Shown piece after piece: positions 36,702 to 46,526 of a DNA stretch of 64,000 bases (the stretch's first letter is position 1; each line of letters begins with the position of its first letter). The notes beneath the pieces are model-generated. The model was not told the origin of the DNA, ran no database searches, and saw nothing but the letters and a program-made list of their open reading frames with translations. The stretch is taken from contig CBDCWI010000002.1 of assembly GCA_965223325.1 (NCBI GenBank), forward strand, positions 4,192,001 to 4,256,000, given 5' to 3'. This stretch comes from Candidatus Multivoradales bacterium (GTDB taxonomy: Bacteria; Acidobacteriota; Thermoanaerobaculia; Multivoradales; Multivoraceae). The position numbers and the translations under genes are program-made.

Positions 36702-38923
36702 CTCGTCTGGAATGGTTCGCCTTCTCCGGAGCGGCGGACGGAATGGTGCTGGACGCAGCCCTCAAGGTGACCCTGCTCCTGGCGGCAGGCCTCTTTGCTG
36801 TTCGTTGGGCGCGCCGCGCGTCGGCGAGCTGGAGACTTTCGGTGCTCCTGATCGTTCTGATTGGGGCAGTCGCGGTGCCGATTCTCTCGGTGCTTCTTCC
36901 GAGTGTCGTGGTTCCCATTCTCCCCGCTCCACCAACTCGTGCCACCACAGCCACAGCTCCCCTGACTGCCCTCCCTGCCCGGCCGGCAGATGCCCCGCCG
37001 CGGGTAAGCAAAGTGACGCCGCCTCGAGCCGGAACCTCCTCGCCGGCCGTCTCCACCTCAGCGGCGGCAACCGACCGCGATCACTCGCGAACAGCGAGCC
37101 CGACCCTGGCGCCGGTCTTCCTCGCATCCTGGGCTCTAGGCCTTCTGTGGAGCCTCATCCGGCAGCGCAACGCTCATCGGAGGGTGCGTGCACTCGAGCG
37201 CTCGGCCCGGGTCGAGATCGAGCCTGCACTCATCGCGACCCTCGAGCTGACCGCAGCTCGGGTCGGTGTCCGACGAAGCGTGCAACTGCTTACCGCCCGC
37301 GAGCGCATCGGTCCAATGACCTGGGGGCATAGAGAACCCGTCATTCTGCTACCGGAAGACCATCGCGAGTGGAGTTGCGAGCGCCGCGCGATCGTGCTTC
37401 AGCACGAGCTCTTTCACATCAAGCGCTCCGACTGGCTGGTGCGAGTCGTTGCTCGAACCGCCGCTGCGATCTACTGGTTCCACCCGCTGGCCTGGATGGT
37501 TCTCGAGCGCATCGTCGAGGAGCAAGAGCACGCGTGCGACCGGGAGGTCCTGGCGCTGGGCACGCGCGCGACCCGCTACGCGCAGCATCTCCTGGCCCTG
37601 GCCCGCCGTTCGACCGACTCCGAATTGCCGAATATCCCCCTGCCGGCGTTGCCGATGGCGCGCCGCCGACTCCTGGAGGTCCGTCTGATGTCGATTCTCG
37701 ACCAAAAGCCCCGCTCGCGCACCCTGAGCGTCGCTCTCGCCATTCCCGCACTTTGCTTCTTCGCCCTGTTGGTGCCCGCCTTGGCTGCCGTCGAGCCCTG
37801 GGCCCAGGAGCCTCAGGAGCCCAAGACGCCGGCCGAGGCCCGCGCTCAGCTTCTCGAGGTGGTGCGAGATATCGAGCGCATCGAAGCACAGATCGAACCC
37901 CATGAAGCGCAACTCCGAGCACTCGAGGCGGAGCTGCGGCCGACGGAGTTGCACCTCGAGTCGATTGAGGACGCCCTGGCGCCCCACCGCGAGCAGCTCG
38001 AGGCCGTCGAAGCGGAGCTCGAGCCGTTCGAGGCAGAGCTGCGAGCGGTCGAGGCACGCCTCGAACCGCATGAAGACGCCCTGGCTGAAGCAGAGCGCGC
38101 CTTACGGCCCTTCGAAGCGCTCTTCGAGGCGATCGAGGCAGAACTTGCACCGTTCGAGAAAGAGCTCGATGCGCTCGAGCTCGACCTCGCACCGTTCGAG
38201 GCGCGCATCAACGAGATCGAGGCGCGTCTCGACAACATCGACTTCGAAGGAGATGACGCGCAGCGCGATCAGTTCGAGCAACAACTCGAGGCCGTGCACA
38301 GAGAGATGCAGCCGGTTCTCGCTCAGATGGAGGAGGTGCACGAGCAGATGAGGCCAGTTCAAGAGCGACTCGAAAGCATTCATCTCGAAATGGAGCCCGC
38401 GCATGCCGAGCTGGAGGAGGTCCATCTACGTCTGGAACCAGTTCTCAAGGAGATGGAGAAGATCCACATCGAGATGAAGCCGGTGTTCCGCAGGATGGAG
38501 TCTCTCCATCTGGAAGTCGAACCGGTGATCGCGCGGGTGGAGAATGCCCACCTTGACATGCAGCCGGTCCTGGAGCGCATCGAGGCGGTGCAGCGCGAGA
38601 TGCACGAGCCACTCGAAGAGATCGAACGCCTCCACGGGAAAGTAGAGAGCAGCAGCTCCGTCCTGGTCGATGACGTCTTGCGCCGGGAACTCGCGACGCT
38701 CCAACTCGACGAGCGTGCGATCGCAACGGTTCGGGGTTCGATCCTCGAGGTCGCGGGCCTCAACCTTCGCAACCGGCGCCTCCAGCTCGTTGGAGACTTC
38801 GAAGAGCTCAGAGAGCGCATTGAGCTGGCGCTCGAGGGCCTTGGCGTGGACGACCCGGGCCGTGACGCGCTCAGCCAGCAGGCGGCGCGGGCCCTCCTCG
38901 CTTTAGAGGTCGATCTCGAGTAG
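36698..38923 (+). CDS. BlaR1-like M56 metallopeptidase with 14-aa repeat coiled-coil C-terminal domain
   Basis: TM helices, GPMTWG..P.ILLP, QHELFHIKR.D, YWFHPL.W, EQEHACD, YAQHLL; ATGA overlap with blaI. Confidence 0.9.
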   Translation: MTRLEWFAFSGAADGMVLDAALKVTLLLAAGLFAVRWARRASASWRLSVLLIVLIGAVAVPILSVLLPSVVVPILPAPPTRATTATAPLTALPARPADAPPRVSKVTPPRAGTSSPAVSTSAAATDRDHSRTASPTLAPVFLASWALGLLWSLIRQRNAHRRVRALERSARVEIEPALIATLELTAARVGVRRSVQLLTARERIGPMTWGHREPVILLPEDHREWSCERRAIVLQHELFHIKRSDWLVRVVARTAAAIYWFHPLAWMVLERIVEEQEHACDREVLALGTRATRYAQHLLALARRSTDSELPNIPLPALPMARRRLLEVRLMSILDQKPRSRTLSVALAIPALCFFALLVPALAAVEPWAQEPQEPKTPAEARAQLLEVVRDIERIEAQIEPHEAQLRALEAELRPTELHLESIEDALAPHREQLEAVEAELEPFEAELRAVEARLEPHEDALAEAERALRPFEALFEAIEAELAPFEKELDALELDLAPFEARINEIEARLDNIDFEGDDAQRDQFEQQLEAVHREMQPVLAQMEEVHEQMRPVQERLESIHLEMEPAHAELEEVHLRLEPVLKEMEKIHIEMKPVFRRMESLHLEVEPVIARVENAHLDMQPVLERIEAVQREMHEPLEEIERLHGKVESSSSVLVDDVLRRELATLQLDERAIATVRGSILEVAGLNLRNRRLQLVGDFEELRERIELALEGLGVDDPGRDALSQQAARALLALEVDLE

Positions 38924-39004
38924 CCCGGCGTCGCCGCCTGGCCGCAGGCACCCGATCGCAACGCCGTCCGAAGGTAGCGTAGTCCGAAGCGAAAGTCGCC
39001 CAAG

Positions 39005-39367
39005 CTACTTGTCGCGTTGAACTGTGTCAGGCGCAAAGGCTGGAAGACAAACCGCCACGTACTCAGCGCCACCCGCTTCTGGTGAGCTGTAGCGTACCCA
39101 TTCGCCCGGTGAGGTGACGACCGCCTGCCCTGCGGCGACGTCAAGAACACCGTTTCGGTGCTCCACCCGCAGGGTTCCGGAAAGCACCACGGTGATCTCC
39201 TCGAACTGTGGAGTCTGCCCTGGCTCCACCCACCCCTCAGGGGACTTCATGCGCGCGACGCTCACCGTCTCGTGGCCACTGTTGACCCGGCCCACATATT
39301 CCTCGATTCGATTGGGCTTGTTGCCAGTGGCCTCGATCACGGCAGGTTTTGCGATTAGCCTGGGCAT
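39005..39367 (-). CDS. Cupin domain protein
   Basis: IEEYVGRVNSG, SPEGWVEPGQTP.FEE, WVRYS, VCLPAF. Confidence 0.85.
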   Translation of the reverse strand: MPRLIAKPAVIEATGNKPNRIEEYVGRVNSGHETVSVARMKSPEGWVEPGQTPQFEEITVVLSGTLRVEHRNGVLDVAAGQAVVTSPGEWVRYSSPEAGGAEYVAVCLPAFAPDTVQRDK

Positions 39368-39420
39368 TCTTGTCTCCCGCGGTTCTGGGTCTCGCAGCCA
39401 GAGTCTCACAGGAGAACGTT

Positions 39421-40311
39421 TCAGTCTTGCGGTCCCCAGCGACGGATGCCTGGCAACGACCGGTAGAGGATCTCGTGGTACAACCGCTGTGGCAAGAGTC
39501 GCCGCAGAAGCGAGAACAGGCGTGCGTCGAGCGTCGCCTGTACGCGGAGTGGAGGCCGACGGCTTTCAAGGACCCGGTGGATGCGCCGAGCGATGCCCTC
39601 CTCGGTAGCCAATGACCGCCGCATCAGCCGAGTGATGAAGGCTCCCATCTCTTGATAGTGCCTGTAGTACGCGGCCTCGCGCCGGTTGGCGGACGAGGCG
39701 CTACTCTCGGTGTAGACGGTGTTCTCGAAGCCAGACGAGTTGACGAACCCCGGTTCGATCAACGACACTGCGATGCCCCACGGCCGCACCTCATACCAGA
39801 GCGACTCGGTGGCTCCTTCGAGAGCGAACTTCGAGGCGCTGTAGACTGCCATCGTCGGCATGGCCATCATTCCGCCTACCGAAGAAACGTTGATGATGCG
39901 GCCGCGACGTTTGGCGCGCATGGTTGGAAGGGCGAGGCGAGCGAGCTCCATCGGGGCACGGAAGTTGATTCCCATCTGGGCGAGCCGCTCCTCTTCACGG
40001 ACGTGCTCGACGACGGCTCGATAGGCGATGCCGGCGTTGTTGATGAGGGCGTCGACTCCTCCAAGGTCTTGATTGGCCTCGTCCAGGACTGCGCGCCGTT
40101 CACCTTCCTCGAGCACGTTGAGAGGCCGTAGGAAAACGCGCTCGCCTTCGGCGATCCCGGCATCTCGAAAGCGCCCGAGAGACGACTCGCGAGCGGTCAA
40201 AAGCAAGCGGTAGTCGCTTGCTCTGATCAGTCGCCGGGCCGTCGCCAGTCCAATACCCGTGCTAGCGCCGGTGATCAGGACGAGTGCGCTTCTGGGAAGG
40301 GGTGGTGCCAC
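39421..40311 (-). CDS. SDR family oxidoreductase
   Basis: TGASTGIG, NNAG, YSASKFA. Confidence 0.9.
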   Translation of the reverse strand: MAPPLPRSALVLITGASTGIGLATARRLIRASDYRLLLTARESSLGRFRDAGIAEGERVFLRPLNVLEEGERRAVLDEANQDLGGVDALINNAGIAYRAVVEHVREEERLAQMGINFRAPMELARLALPTMRAKRRGRIINVSSVGGMMAMPTMAVYSASKFALEGATESLWYEVRPWGIAVSLIEPGFVNSSGFENTVYTESSASSANRREAAYYRHYQEMGAFITRLMRRSLATEEGIARRIHRVLESRRPPLRVQATLDARLFSLLRRLLPQRLYHEILYRSLPGIRRWGPQD

Positions 40312-40361
40312 GTGCCTCCTACCTGGAGTGCTTGCTGTGAGGATCTCGAATCTAGGCCCAG

Positions 40362-40799
40362 CTACCCCGACAGCTGGCGGAGGAATGACGTGATGTCTTG
40401 CCGCTCGGAGGTGCCGAGCCCTTGAATGGCGACCTGGTCGGTGATGACTTCGTCGAAGATCTGCGACGCCTCGCGCACCAGCTTCTTCCCGTGTGCGGTC
40501 AGCCGGGCGAGGGAACTCCGGGCATCGCGCGCGTCGCGCCTGGTTTCGACATAGCCGAGTTTCTCGAGTGGCCGTAGAGCGCGAGTGACTCCTGAGGGAC
40601 TCAGCGAGACGACCGCCGCCAGGTCGACTCGTTTGGCAGTCGCCTGGTGTTCGGCGGCGAGGGCGTTGAGGATCTGATACTCACGCAGCGAGACCCCCTT
40701 GATCATGGAAATGCGGTGGTCGAGCCGTCGCTCGAGGGTGGCTGCGGCCGAAAGCAGTAGCAGGGCGAGGCTACGCCCAGGATTGGATTCGATACTCAT
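40362..40799 (-). CDS. MarR family transcriptional regulator
   Basis: LSPSGVTRALRPLEKLGYV..RDARD.R...ARLT..G. Confidence 0.88.
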   Translation of the reverse strand: MSIESNPGRSLALLLLSAAATLERRLDHRISMIKGVSLREYQILNALAAEHQATAKRVDLAAVVSLSPSGVTRALRPLEKLGYVETRRDARDARSSLARLTAHGKKLVREASQIFDEVITDQVAIQGLGTSERQDITSFLRQLSG

Positions 40800-40836
40800 G
40801 CAATGTATAGTATAGATCCTTGATTTCTCATGCAAT
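40795..40836 (-). promoter_or_regulatory. Leaderless-type promoter of marR with direct repeat
   Basis: Minus strand TTGCAT-17bp-TACTAT-7bp-ATG; ATTGCATGAG repeated at the -35 and at the start codon. Confidence 0.6.
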
Positions 40837-40886
40837 AGGCAAGTAATTCCTGAGGGGGCGAAACTGCGCTAGCGCCTCCTTGGTCG

Positions 40887-41306
40887 TCAGGCCCAGCCGA
40901 GGTCCTGCATCGCCAACCACGAGTGCCAGATCTTCGTCAGGTGGCGAATCTTTCCTGCATCATCGAAGAACATTACGTAGACGTAGTCGGTGGCGGCGCT
41001 CTTGCCGGTCGGCGGACAGGGGCCACCCTCGCCGGTGTGGGTGCCAGAAAAGACGGCGAAGGCCGAGACGGCAGCACGCTCCTCATCGACCGCCCATGAC
41101 TTCAAGTCATAGCGCCCGTCGGGCATGAAGCCGATCAGTGCCTTCATCCAATTGCAGTAGTCCTCGAGCGTTGCAACATCAGCCAGTGGTTCTGCCTGTG
41201 CGGAGAAGGTCGCGTCGGCGCTGCAGAACTCACGACAGGTTTCCCAGCCGCGGCCGGTTTCGCAGGCTTCGAAGAACTTCTCGGCGGTATCAGACATCGT
41301 CGTCAT
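40887..41306 (-). CDS. SnoaL-like/ester cyclase family protein
   Basis: FFEACETG.GW, FSGTHTGEGGP.PPTGK, GKI.H.TKIW; AGGAG RBS. Confidence 0.85.
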   Translation of the reverse strand: MTTMSDTAEKFFEACETGRGWETCREFCSADATFSAQAEPLADVATLEDYCNWMKALIGFMPDGRYDLKSWAVDEERAAVSAFAVFSGTHTGEGGPCPPTGKSAATDYVYVMFFDDAGKIRHLTKIWHSWLAMQDLGWA

Positions 41307-41398
41307 GAAAAACTCCTAGTCACAGTAGGCGGACGTTCAAAACTGCCAGCCACTCTACCCTTGGGCCTGGTTCGACACCCGGTGCCAGGTAAGGTCGC

Positions 41399-43908
41399 TC
41401 AGTCCGCGCGCAGGGTCGTGATCGGGTCGACTCTCCCGGCGCGGCGCGCGGGGAGCCACGCCGCGAGCAAGCCGGCGCTTGCCAGGAGCGCTGCCGCACC
41501 GACGTAGAAGCGCGGATCAGCGGGTGAAACGCCGTAGAGCTGCGATTCCAGCCAGCGCAATCCCATCGCTGCGACTCCCACCCCGAGAGTGATGCCAATC
41601 GCCAGCCGTACCCCAGCTCGGCCCACGACCTGCCGCACGACATGACGTGCGTTGGCGCCAAGCGCCAGCCGGATTCCGAAGTCACGTAGGCGGGTGGTGA
41701 CGTAGAAGCCGATGTTGCCGTAGATGCCGAGGGCCGCCATCAGAAGTGCAATCGCCGAGAACCCCGCCAACAGTGAGCCTGCGAAGCGTTCCCGCTCGGT
41801 CTGCCGGCGCAGGCGGTCGTGCATCTCTTCCATGCCAAACACGACGAGGTCGGAACCAGCCGCCGAAAGGCCGGCTTGGAGCGCACCGAAGACGCTGCGC
41901 GGTTGGCCTTTGGTGCGGGCGATCACCGACAGGTTCAGGGTGTCGAACTGCTCGAGCGCGAAGTACACATCCGGATCTTCGGGAGCGCTCGGGTCAAGAA
42001 CCAGGTTGCGCTGGCGCAGATCCGGCGCGACACCTATGACCGTCACCCATTGGACGGTCTCTCCGTTGGCCCCCGCCTCGAGAGGCCGGCCGAACTTGAA
42101 GCGCCGGCCGAGAGGATCCTTTGAGGGCCAGAGTGCCTCTGCCAGCTTCTCGCTGACCACCGCGACCCCTTCGGTATCGTCGCCACGATCGGCATCGGTG
42201 AAACCGCGTCCCCTCAGAATGGGGATCCCGAGGACGTCGAAGTAGGTAGGTGTCACGAGATGGCGGTAGGTGCGGGTGCCGCCGCCATAGGGAGCGTCGG
42301 GTGCCAGAGCCGAGCCCTCGGCGCTCACCACGGTTGCCGAGCTCGCGCCACTCATCGGTGTGCCGACAGAAAGCGCGGCGTTGGAGATCCCCGGCGCCGA
42401 GCGCGCTGCAACCAGCAGGCGATCGCGGGTGGCGCGCCGCAGCGCCGGTTCCATGTCCTCAGGCAATCCCACCCGCGCCAGCGCGACCTGCTCGGCTTCG
42501 AACCCTGGCTCGATGTCTAAGAGGTTCACGATCGTCGCCGTCATCAAACCGGCTCCGATCACCAACAGCATCGCGAGCGCCACCTGTCCAACCAGCAGGG
42601 CATCGCGGGCGCTCTGTGCGATTGCGGTGCCGGAGGTCGCGCGAATCGTCGTTGCGAGCGACTTCTGACTGCCAGCGACTCGTATGCTGGCGGCCGCAGC
42701 GCGTATTCCCGTGGTGGCGAGAAGAAGCAGGATCGTCAAGAGCGCCAGGACCAGGAGAAAGACGGTTGCTCGAGCGTCGAATGCTGCCTGGCGGGGCAAC
42801 GTCACTGGAGCCAGTTGCAACATCAACCTCGACAGGGTCGCGGCTACGACGACGCCGAGTACCGTGCCGGCGACAACGAGGACTGTCGCCTCGGCGAGTT
42901 GGCTGCGCAAGAGATCGAAACGACTCGCACCAATGGCTACTCGCACGGCCGTCTCACGCTGTCGCTCGTGGGAGCGCGCGATGAGCAGGCTGGCGACGTT
43001 GGCGATCACGATCAACCAGAGGGCGAGCACCGCGCCGAAAGAGCCCTGACTGGCGCCCCGAGCACGCCGACGGTTTCTGCCCGCAGCGAACCCAGATCAG
43101 CTGAGTACCCCTGGTTGTCGTCGGGGAAGGCGGCCTCGAGTCGACTGAAGACCGTCGCCATTTCTTCGCGTGCCCGCTGCTCGATGACCTTCGGGTCGCC
43201 GGGCGCGAGGCGGATCAGGACATCGAGCCAGCGCGCTCCGCGGTTCTGCATAAAGGAGTCTTCGGCCGCTCCGAGGTCGAGCATCGACCCCCACACCTCT
43301 GCACCCTCGACGAGTGGTTCGAAGTCCGCGGGCAGAACACCAACGACAACATGCTCGCGTCGATCAACGCGCAGGGTTTCGCCAACGATCTCGGTGCGGC
43401 CGGCGAAGCGGTTCTGCCACATGTCGTAGCTGAGGATCAACTCCGGCGTGCGACTGCCAGGCGGGTCATGAGAAGCGCCGGTGAAGCCGGTCCCCAGAAC
43501 GGGCGTGATGCCCAGGAGCGGGAAGTACTCCGGGCTGACGACGGCACCGTCGATGCGCGTTAGGGCGCCGCCCTGGCTGGCTGGTGCATCAAAGACGAAG
43601 TTCCCCTGGTCGAAGGCCGCCAGCCCGGCGATTGCACTGTTGGGGTTCGTCTGAACATGCGCTGCGAGATCGAGATAGTCAGGCCACGAGTAAGTGCGCC
43701 GCTCGACTTCGTCGCGGGTGACCGTCGACCAGGACAGGGCGAGCTCGTCAGGGTCGTTGTAGGGCAAAGGCTCGAGGAACACCAGGTCGACGACAACGAA
43801 CAGAGCCGCCGCCGCCCCCAGGCCGATCGCGAGAGTGGCTGCGATCGTCGCTGTCCACAGTGGTCGCCTGGAAAGCGAACGCGTTGCGATACGAAGCTCA
43901 TGGAACAT
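41399..43908 (-). pseudogene. ADOP-type ABC permease split by a 1-nt frameshift near 43039 (or a sequencing error)
   Basis: ORF 43012-43914 (N-half) and ORF 41399-43030 (C-half) join as ..RAL-FGAVLALWLIVIANVASLL if one T is added to GCTCTTTCGGC. Confidence 0.85.
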
Positions 43909-43951
43909 GGCCAACTCCAGAAAACGTGCGGCTGAAGTGAGTCTCTATCAA

Positions 43952-43979
43952 CTTACGACCGCTGGGCCCCGCGGGTTAC
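43952..43979 (-). promoter_or_regulatory. Candidate ECF-sigma promoter for the ADOP permease
   Basis: Minus strand GTAACC-n16-CGTAAG, about 45 bp upstream of the ATG. Confidence 0.5.
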
Positions 43980-45349
43980 TCGATCACGCCAGACATGGCG
44001 ACTCCGTCACTCTCATCGAAGCGGAACCCCAGGAGTTGCGCGACAGTAGCGGCGATATCGATCTGGCGGGCGATCGGCAGAACCACGCCCTTTCGAATTC
44101 CCGCGCCCGAGACCACCAGCCCAGTATGCATGCGCGGGTTGGTGGGCAAAAAGCCATGCGTACCGCGCCGATCGGTCGCCACCAGGAAGCGGTCCTCCTC
44201 GAAGCTCTCGGCAATACTGAAACCTTCGACCGGTTCGAGGTAGAGGAGCGCTTCGGGGTCCGCGCCCAACGCGTCGAGCTGCTGGCGATCGAGAACGGTG
44301 AAGAGGTGTTGGTAAGGCCCCTTGGCCAGGCTGTCGAAGAGAACCTCGACACGCTGGGCGAGCTCCTGGTCGGATGGATCGGCAAGTCGAATGGCGGCGC
44401 GCTGCGCCGTAGCCTGCCAACTGGTGATCTTGCCTTCGTCATCGGTGTGGAGCAGGCCGGCGCGACGCAACACGACGTTCGGCTGGAAGGAAGAGTGCAC
44501 GCGGTAGAAGCCATGGTCGCCGGTGATGACGAAAGCAGTGCGCTCGAGAATGCCGGCCTCGGAAACGGCGTCGATGATCTCGCCAATGTGCCGGTCAACG
44601 CGTACGAAAGCATGGTCCGACTCGATGCTGTGTGGACCCGTAGCGTGTTGGGCGTAGTCAGTTTGGACGAGATGAATCATCAAGAGGCTCGGGCGCTTCT
44701 CTTTGATGAGGCGCACAGCAACGGCGGTTGCGAAGCGATCGCGCTCGGTCGGAATGAGGTTGTCGCGAGGGCCAAATCCACCCAAGTCCTCGACGACCGC
44801 GTCGACCAGGCCGGGCGTCGACTCCCGCCTTGCCAGTTCGAGCCAGGTCATGTCTGGTGGGTTCTGGTGAGTCTCGGGGTACAAAAAGTCGATCTCGGCA
44901 CCTACCGAGACTGGCCAGGACACTCCCGCGGTCGTAAGGCCGGCTGACCGGGCCTTATGCCAGAGGGTTGGTACTTGAATCGATGTGCTCTCGAAGTACC
45001 ACGAGCCGGTCCCGGGTCCCTCAAAGCGAGTGTTCTGGAAGACGCCGTGGCGGGCCGGAGCAACCCCGGTCACGATCGACGTATGCGACGGATAGGTCAG
45101 CGACGGATACTGGCCGATCACCCCTTCGGCGTAACTTCCCCAATCTCGCAGCGCATGCAGGTTTGGCAGATCAACGGTTGTTCGGTCGTCGACGTACTCC
45201 GGTAGGAAACCGTCAATCGAGATCAGGATGACGTGATCTGCCGGTGGCGCGGTAGTTGGAGTCGCTGGTTGGCCTGCAGCAGCCGTTGCCAGCATGAAGG
45301 CGCTGCCGCGTAGCGCGAGGGTGCCGAGGAGCTGAAGGCGAGCGATCAT
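43976..45349 (-). CDS. Nucleotide pyrophosphatase/phosphodiesterase (alkaline phosphatase superfamily)
   Basis: ISIDG, PSLTYPSHTSIVTG (Thr nucleophile), TDYAQH, TGDHG, GTHG; signal peptide. Confidence 0.9.
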   Translation of the reverse strand: MIARLQLLGTLALRGSAFMLATAAAGQPATPTTAPPADHVILISIDGFLPEYVDDRTTVDLPNLHALRDWGSYAEGVIGQYPSLTYPSHTSIVTGVAPARHGVFQNTRFEGPGTGSWYFESTSIQVPTLWHKARSAGLTTAGVSWPVSVGAEIDFLYPETHQNPPDMTWLELARRESTPGLVDAVVEDLGGFGPRDNLIPTERDRFATAVAVRLIKEKRPSLLMIHLVQTDYAQHATGPHSIESDHAFVRVDRHIGEIIDAVSEAGILERTAFVITGDHGFYRVHSSFQPNVVLRRAGLLHTDDEGKITSWQATAQRAAIRLADPSDQELAQRVEVLFDSLAKGPYQHLFTVLDRQQLDALGADPEALLYLEPVEGFSIAESFEEDRFLVATDRRGTHGFLPTNPRMHTGLVVSGAGIRKGVVLPIARQIDIAATVAQLLGFRFDESDGVAMSGVIE

Positions 45350-45458
45350 ATGGATTACCCATCGGTTTGAAGCCGTCGTGCCGGTACGATGTCTGGACAT
45401 CCCCGGCCAGGACACCTGCAGGCTGCTTTGATGCCTCGATCCTACAGAGGAGCGGACC

Positions 45459-46526
45459 ATGACGAATCTTTCACTCGGCGACCTTGTTTCCCTATTCTTC
45501 GCCGTCCTTGTGGTGTTTCCCGCTCTCGCTTGTGCACAGCAGTCGGGCAGCCTGACGGATGTCGAAGGGTTGTCGGTGGGGCATCACACGCTCACCGAAC
45601 GTCCGACCGGCTGCACAGTCATTCTCACGGGGCCCGAGGGGGCAGTGGCCGGCGTCGATATCCGGGGCGGCGCCCCGGGTACCCGTGAAGTCGCCCTCCT
45701 CGAGCCAGTGAACCACGTCGATCGCGCGCACGCCATCGTGCTTTCAGGAGGCAGCGCCTTCGGGCTCGACTCTGCTTCGGGAGTCGTGCGCTACCTCGAC
45801 GAGAAAGGGATTGGCTACAACACTCGTGTAGGTGTCGTGCCGATCGTTCCCGCGGCGATTCTTTTCGACCTCGGTATCGGTGACCAACCGAAGGTCCGTC
45901 CGGGTGCCGAGTGTGGGTTCAAAGCAGCGAGCGCCGCCACCTCTGGCCCGGTCGAGGAAGGGAGCGTTGGTGCTGGTGCGGGTGCGACCGTGGGCAAGAT
46001 GGGTGGCCCGGGCCGCTCGATGAAGGCCGGCATTGGCTCCGCATCCATCAAACTGCCCAACGGCCTGGTGGTGTCTGCTCTGGTGGCGGTTAACGCCGTG
46101 GGCGACATCATCGACCCCGCAACCGGCCAGGTGGTTGCCGGTGCGCGCAAAGAAGACGGCAGTTTTCTCGACATGCGCCAGGTTCTGCGGCGTGGGACCT
46201 CGAATCGCGCGCAGCCTCGTGGCGGTGAAAACACCACCATCGGTGTGGTGGCGACCAACGCCAGCCTCACTCAGGTCGAGGCCAAGAAGATGGCGATGAT
46301 GGCCCACGACGGCTACGCGCGGGCGATCTCGCCTGCTCACCTGCCCAGCGACGGCGACTTGATCTTCTCGCTCGCGACCGGCGGCTGGGACGGAGACGCC
46401 AACCTGGCGACCATTGGAGCGTTGGCCGCCGAGGCGATGGCGGATGCGATTGTTCGTGCGGCCACGCAGGCGACCGGCTTGCCCGGTTACCCTGCCGTGC
46501 GCGATCTGCAGAAGAACGAACGGTGA
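45459..46526 (+). CDS. P1/S58 family peptidase (DmpA-like)
   Basis: LTDVEG..VGH, GGAPGTRE, LSGGSAFGL, ENTTIGVVATNA, DGD..F. Confidence 0.9.
   Translation: MTNLSLGDLVSLFFAVLVVFPALACAQQSGSLTDVEGLSVGHHTLTERPTGCTVILTGPEGAVAGVDIRGGAPGTREVALLEPVNHVDRAHAIVLSGGSAFGLDSASGVVRYLDEKGIGYNTRVGVVPIVPAAILFDLGIGDQPKVRPGAECGFKAASAATSGPVEEGSVGAGAGATVGKMGGPGRSMKAGIGSASIKLPNGLVVSALVAVNAVGDIIDPATGQVVAGARKEDGSFLDMRQVLRRGTSNRAQPRGGENTTIGVVATNASLTQVEAKKMAMMAHDGYARAISPAHLPSDGDLIFSLATGGWDGDANLATIGALAAEAMADAIVRAATQATGLPGYPAVRDLQKNER

Noticed and set aside
37892-38645. DNA-level 42-bp periodicity as a non-coding repeat
   Set aside because: Explained by the 14-aa protein repeat; third codon positions diverge.
43835-44947. 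370-aa + strand ORF (similarly 229-1470, 2573-3874 and 6322-7551 on the minus strand)
   Set aside because: Antisense shadows of well-supported genes.
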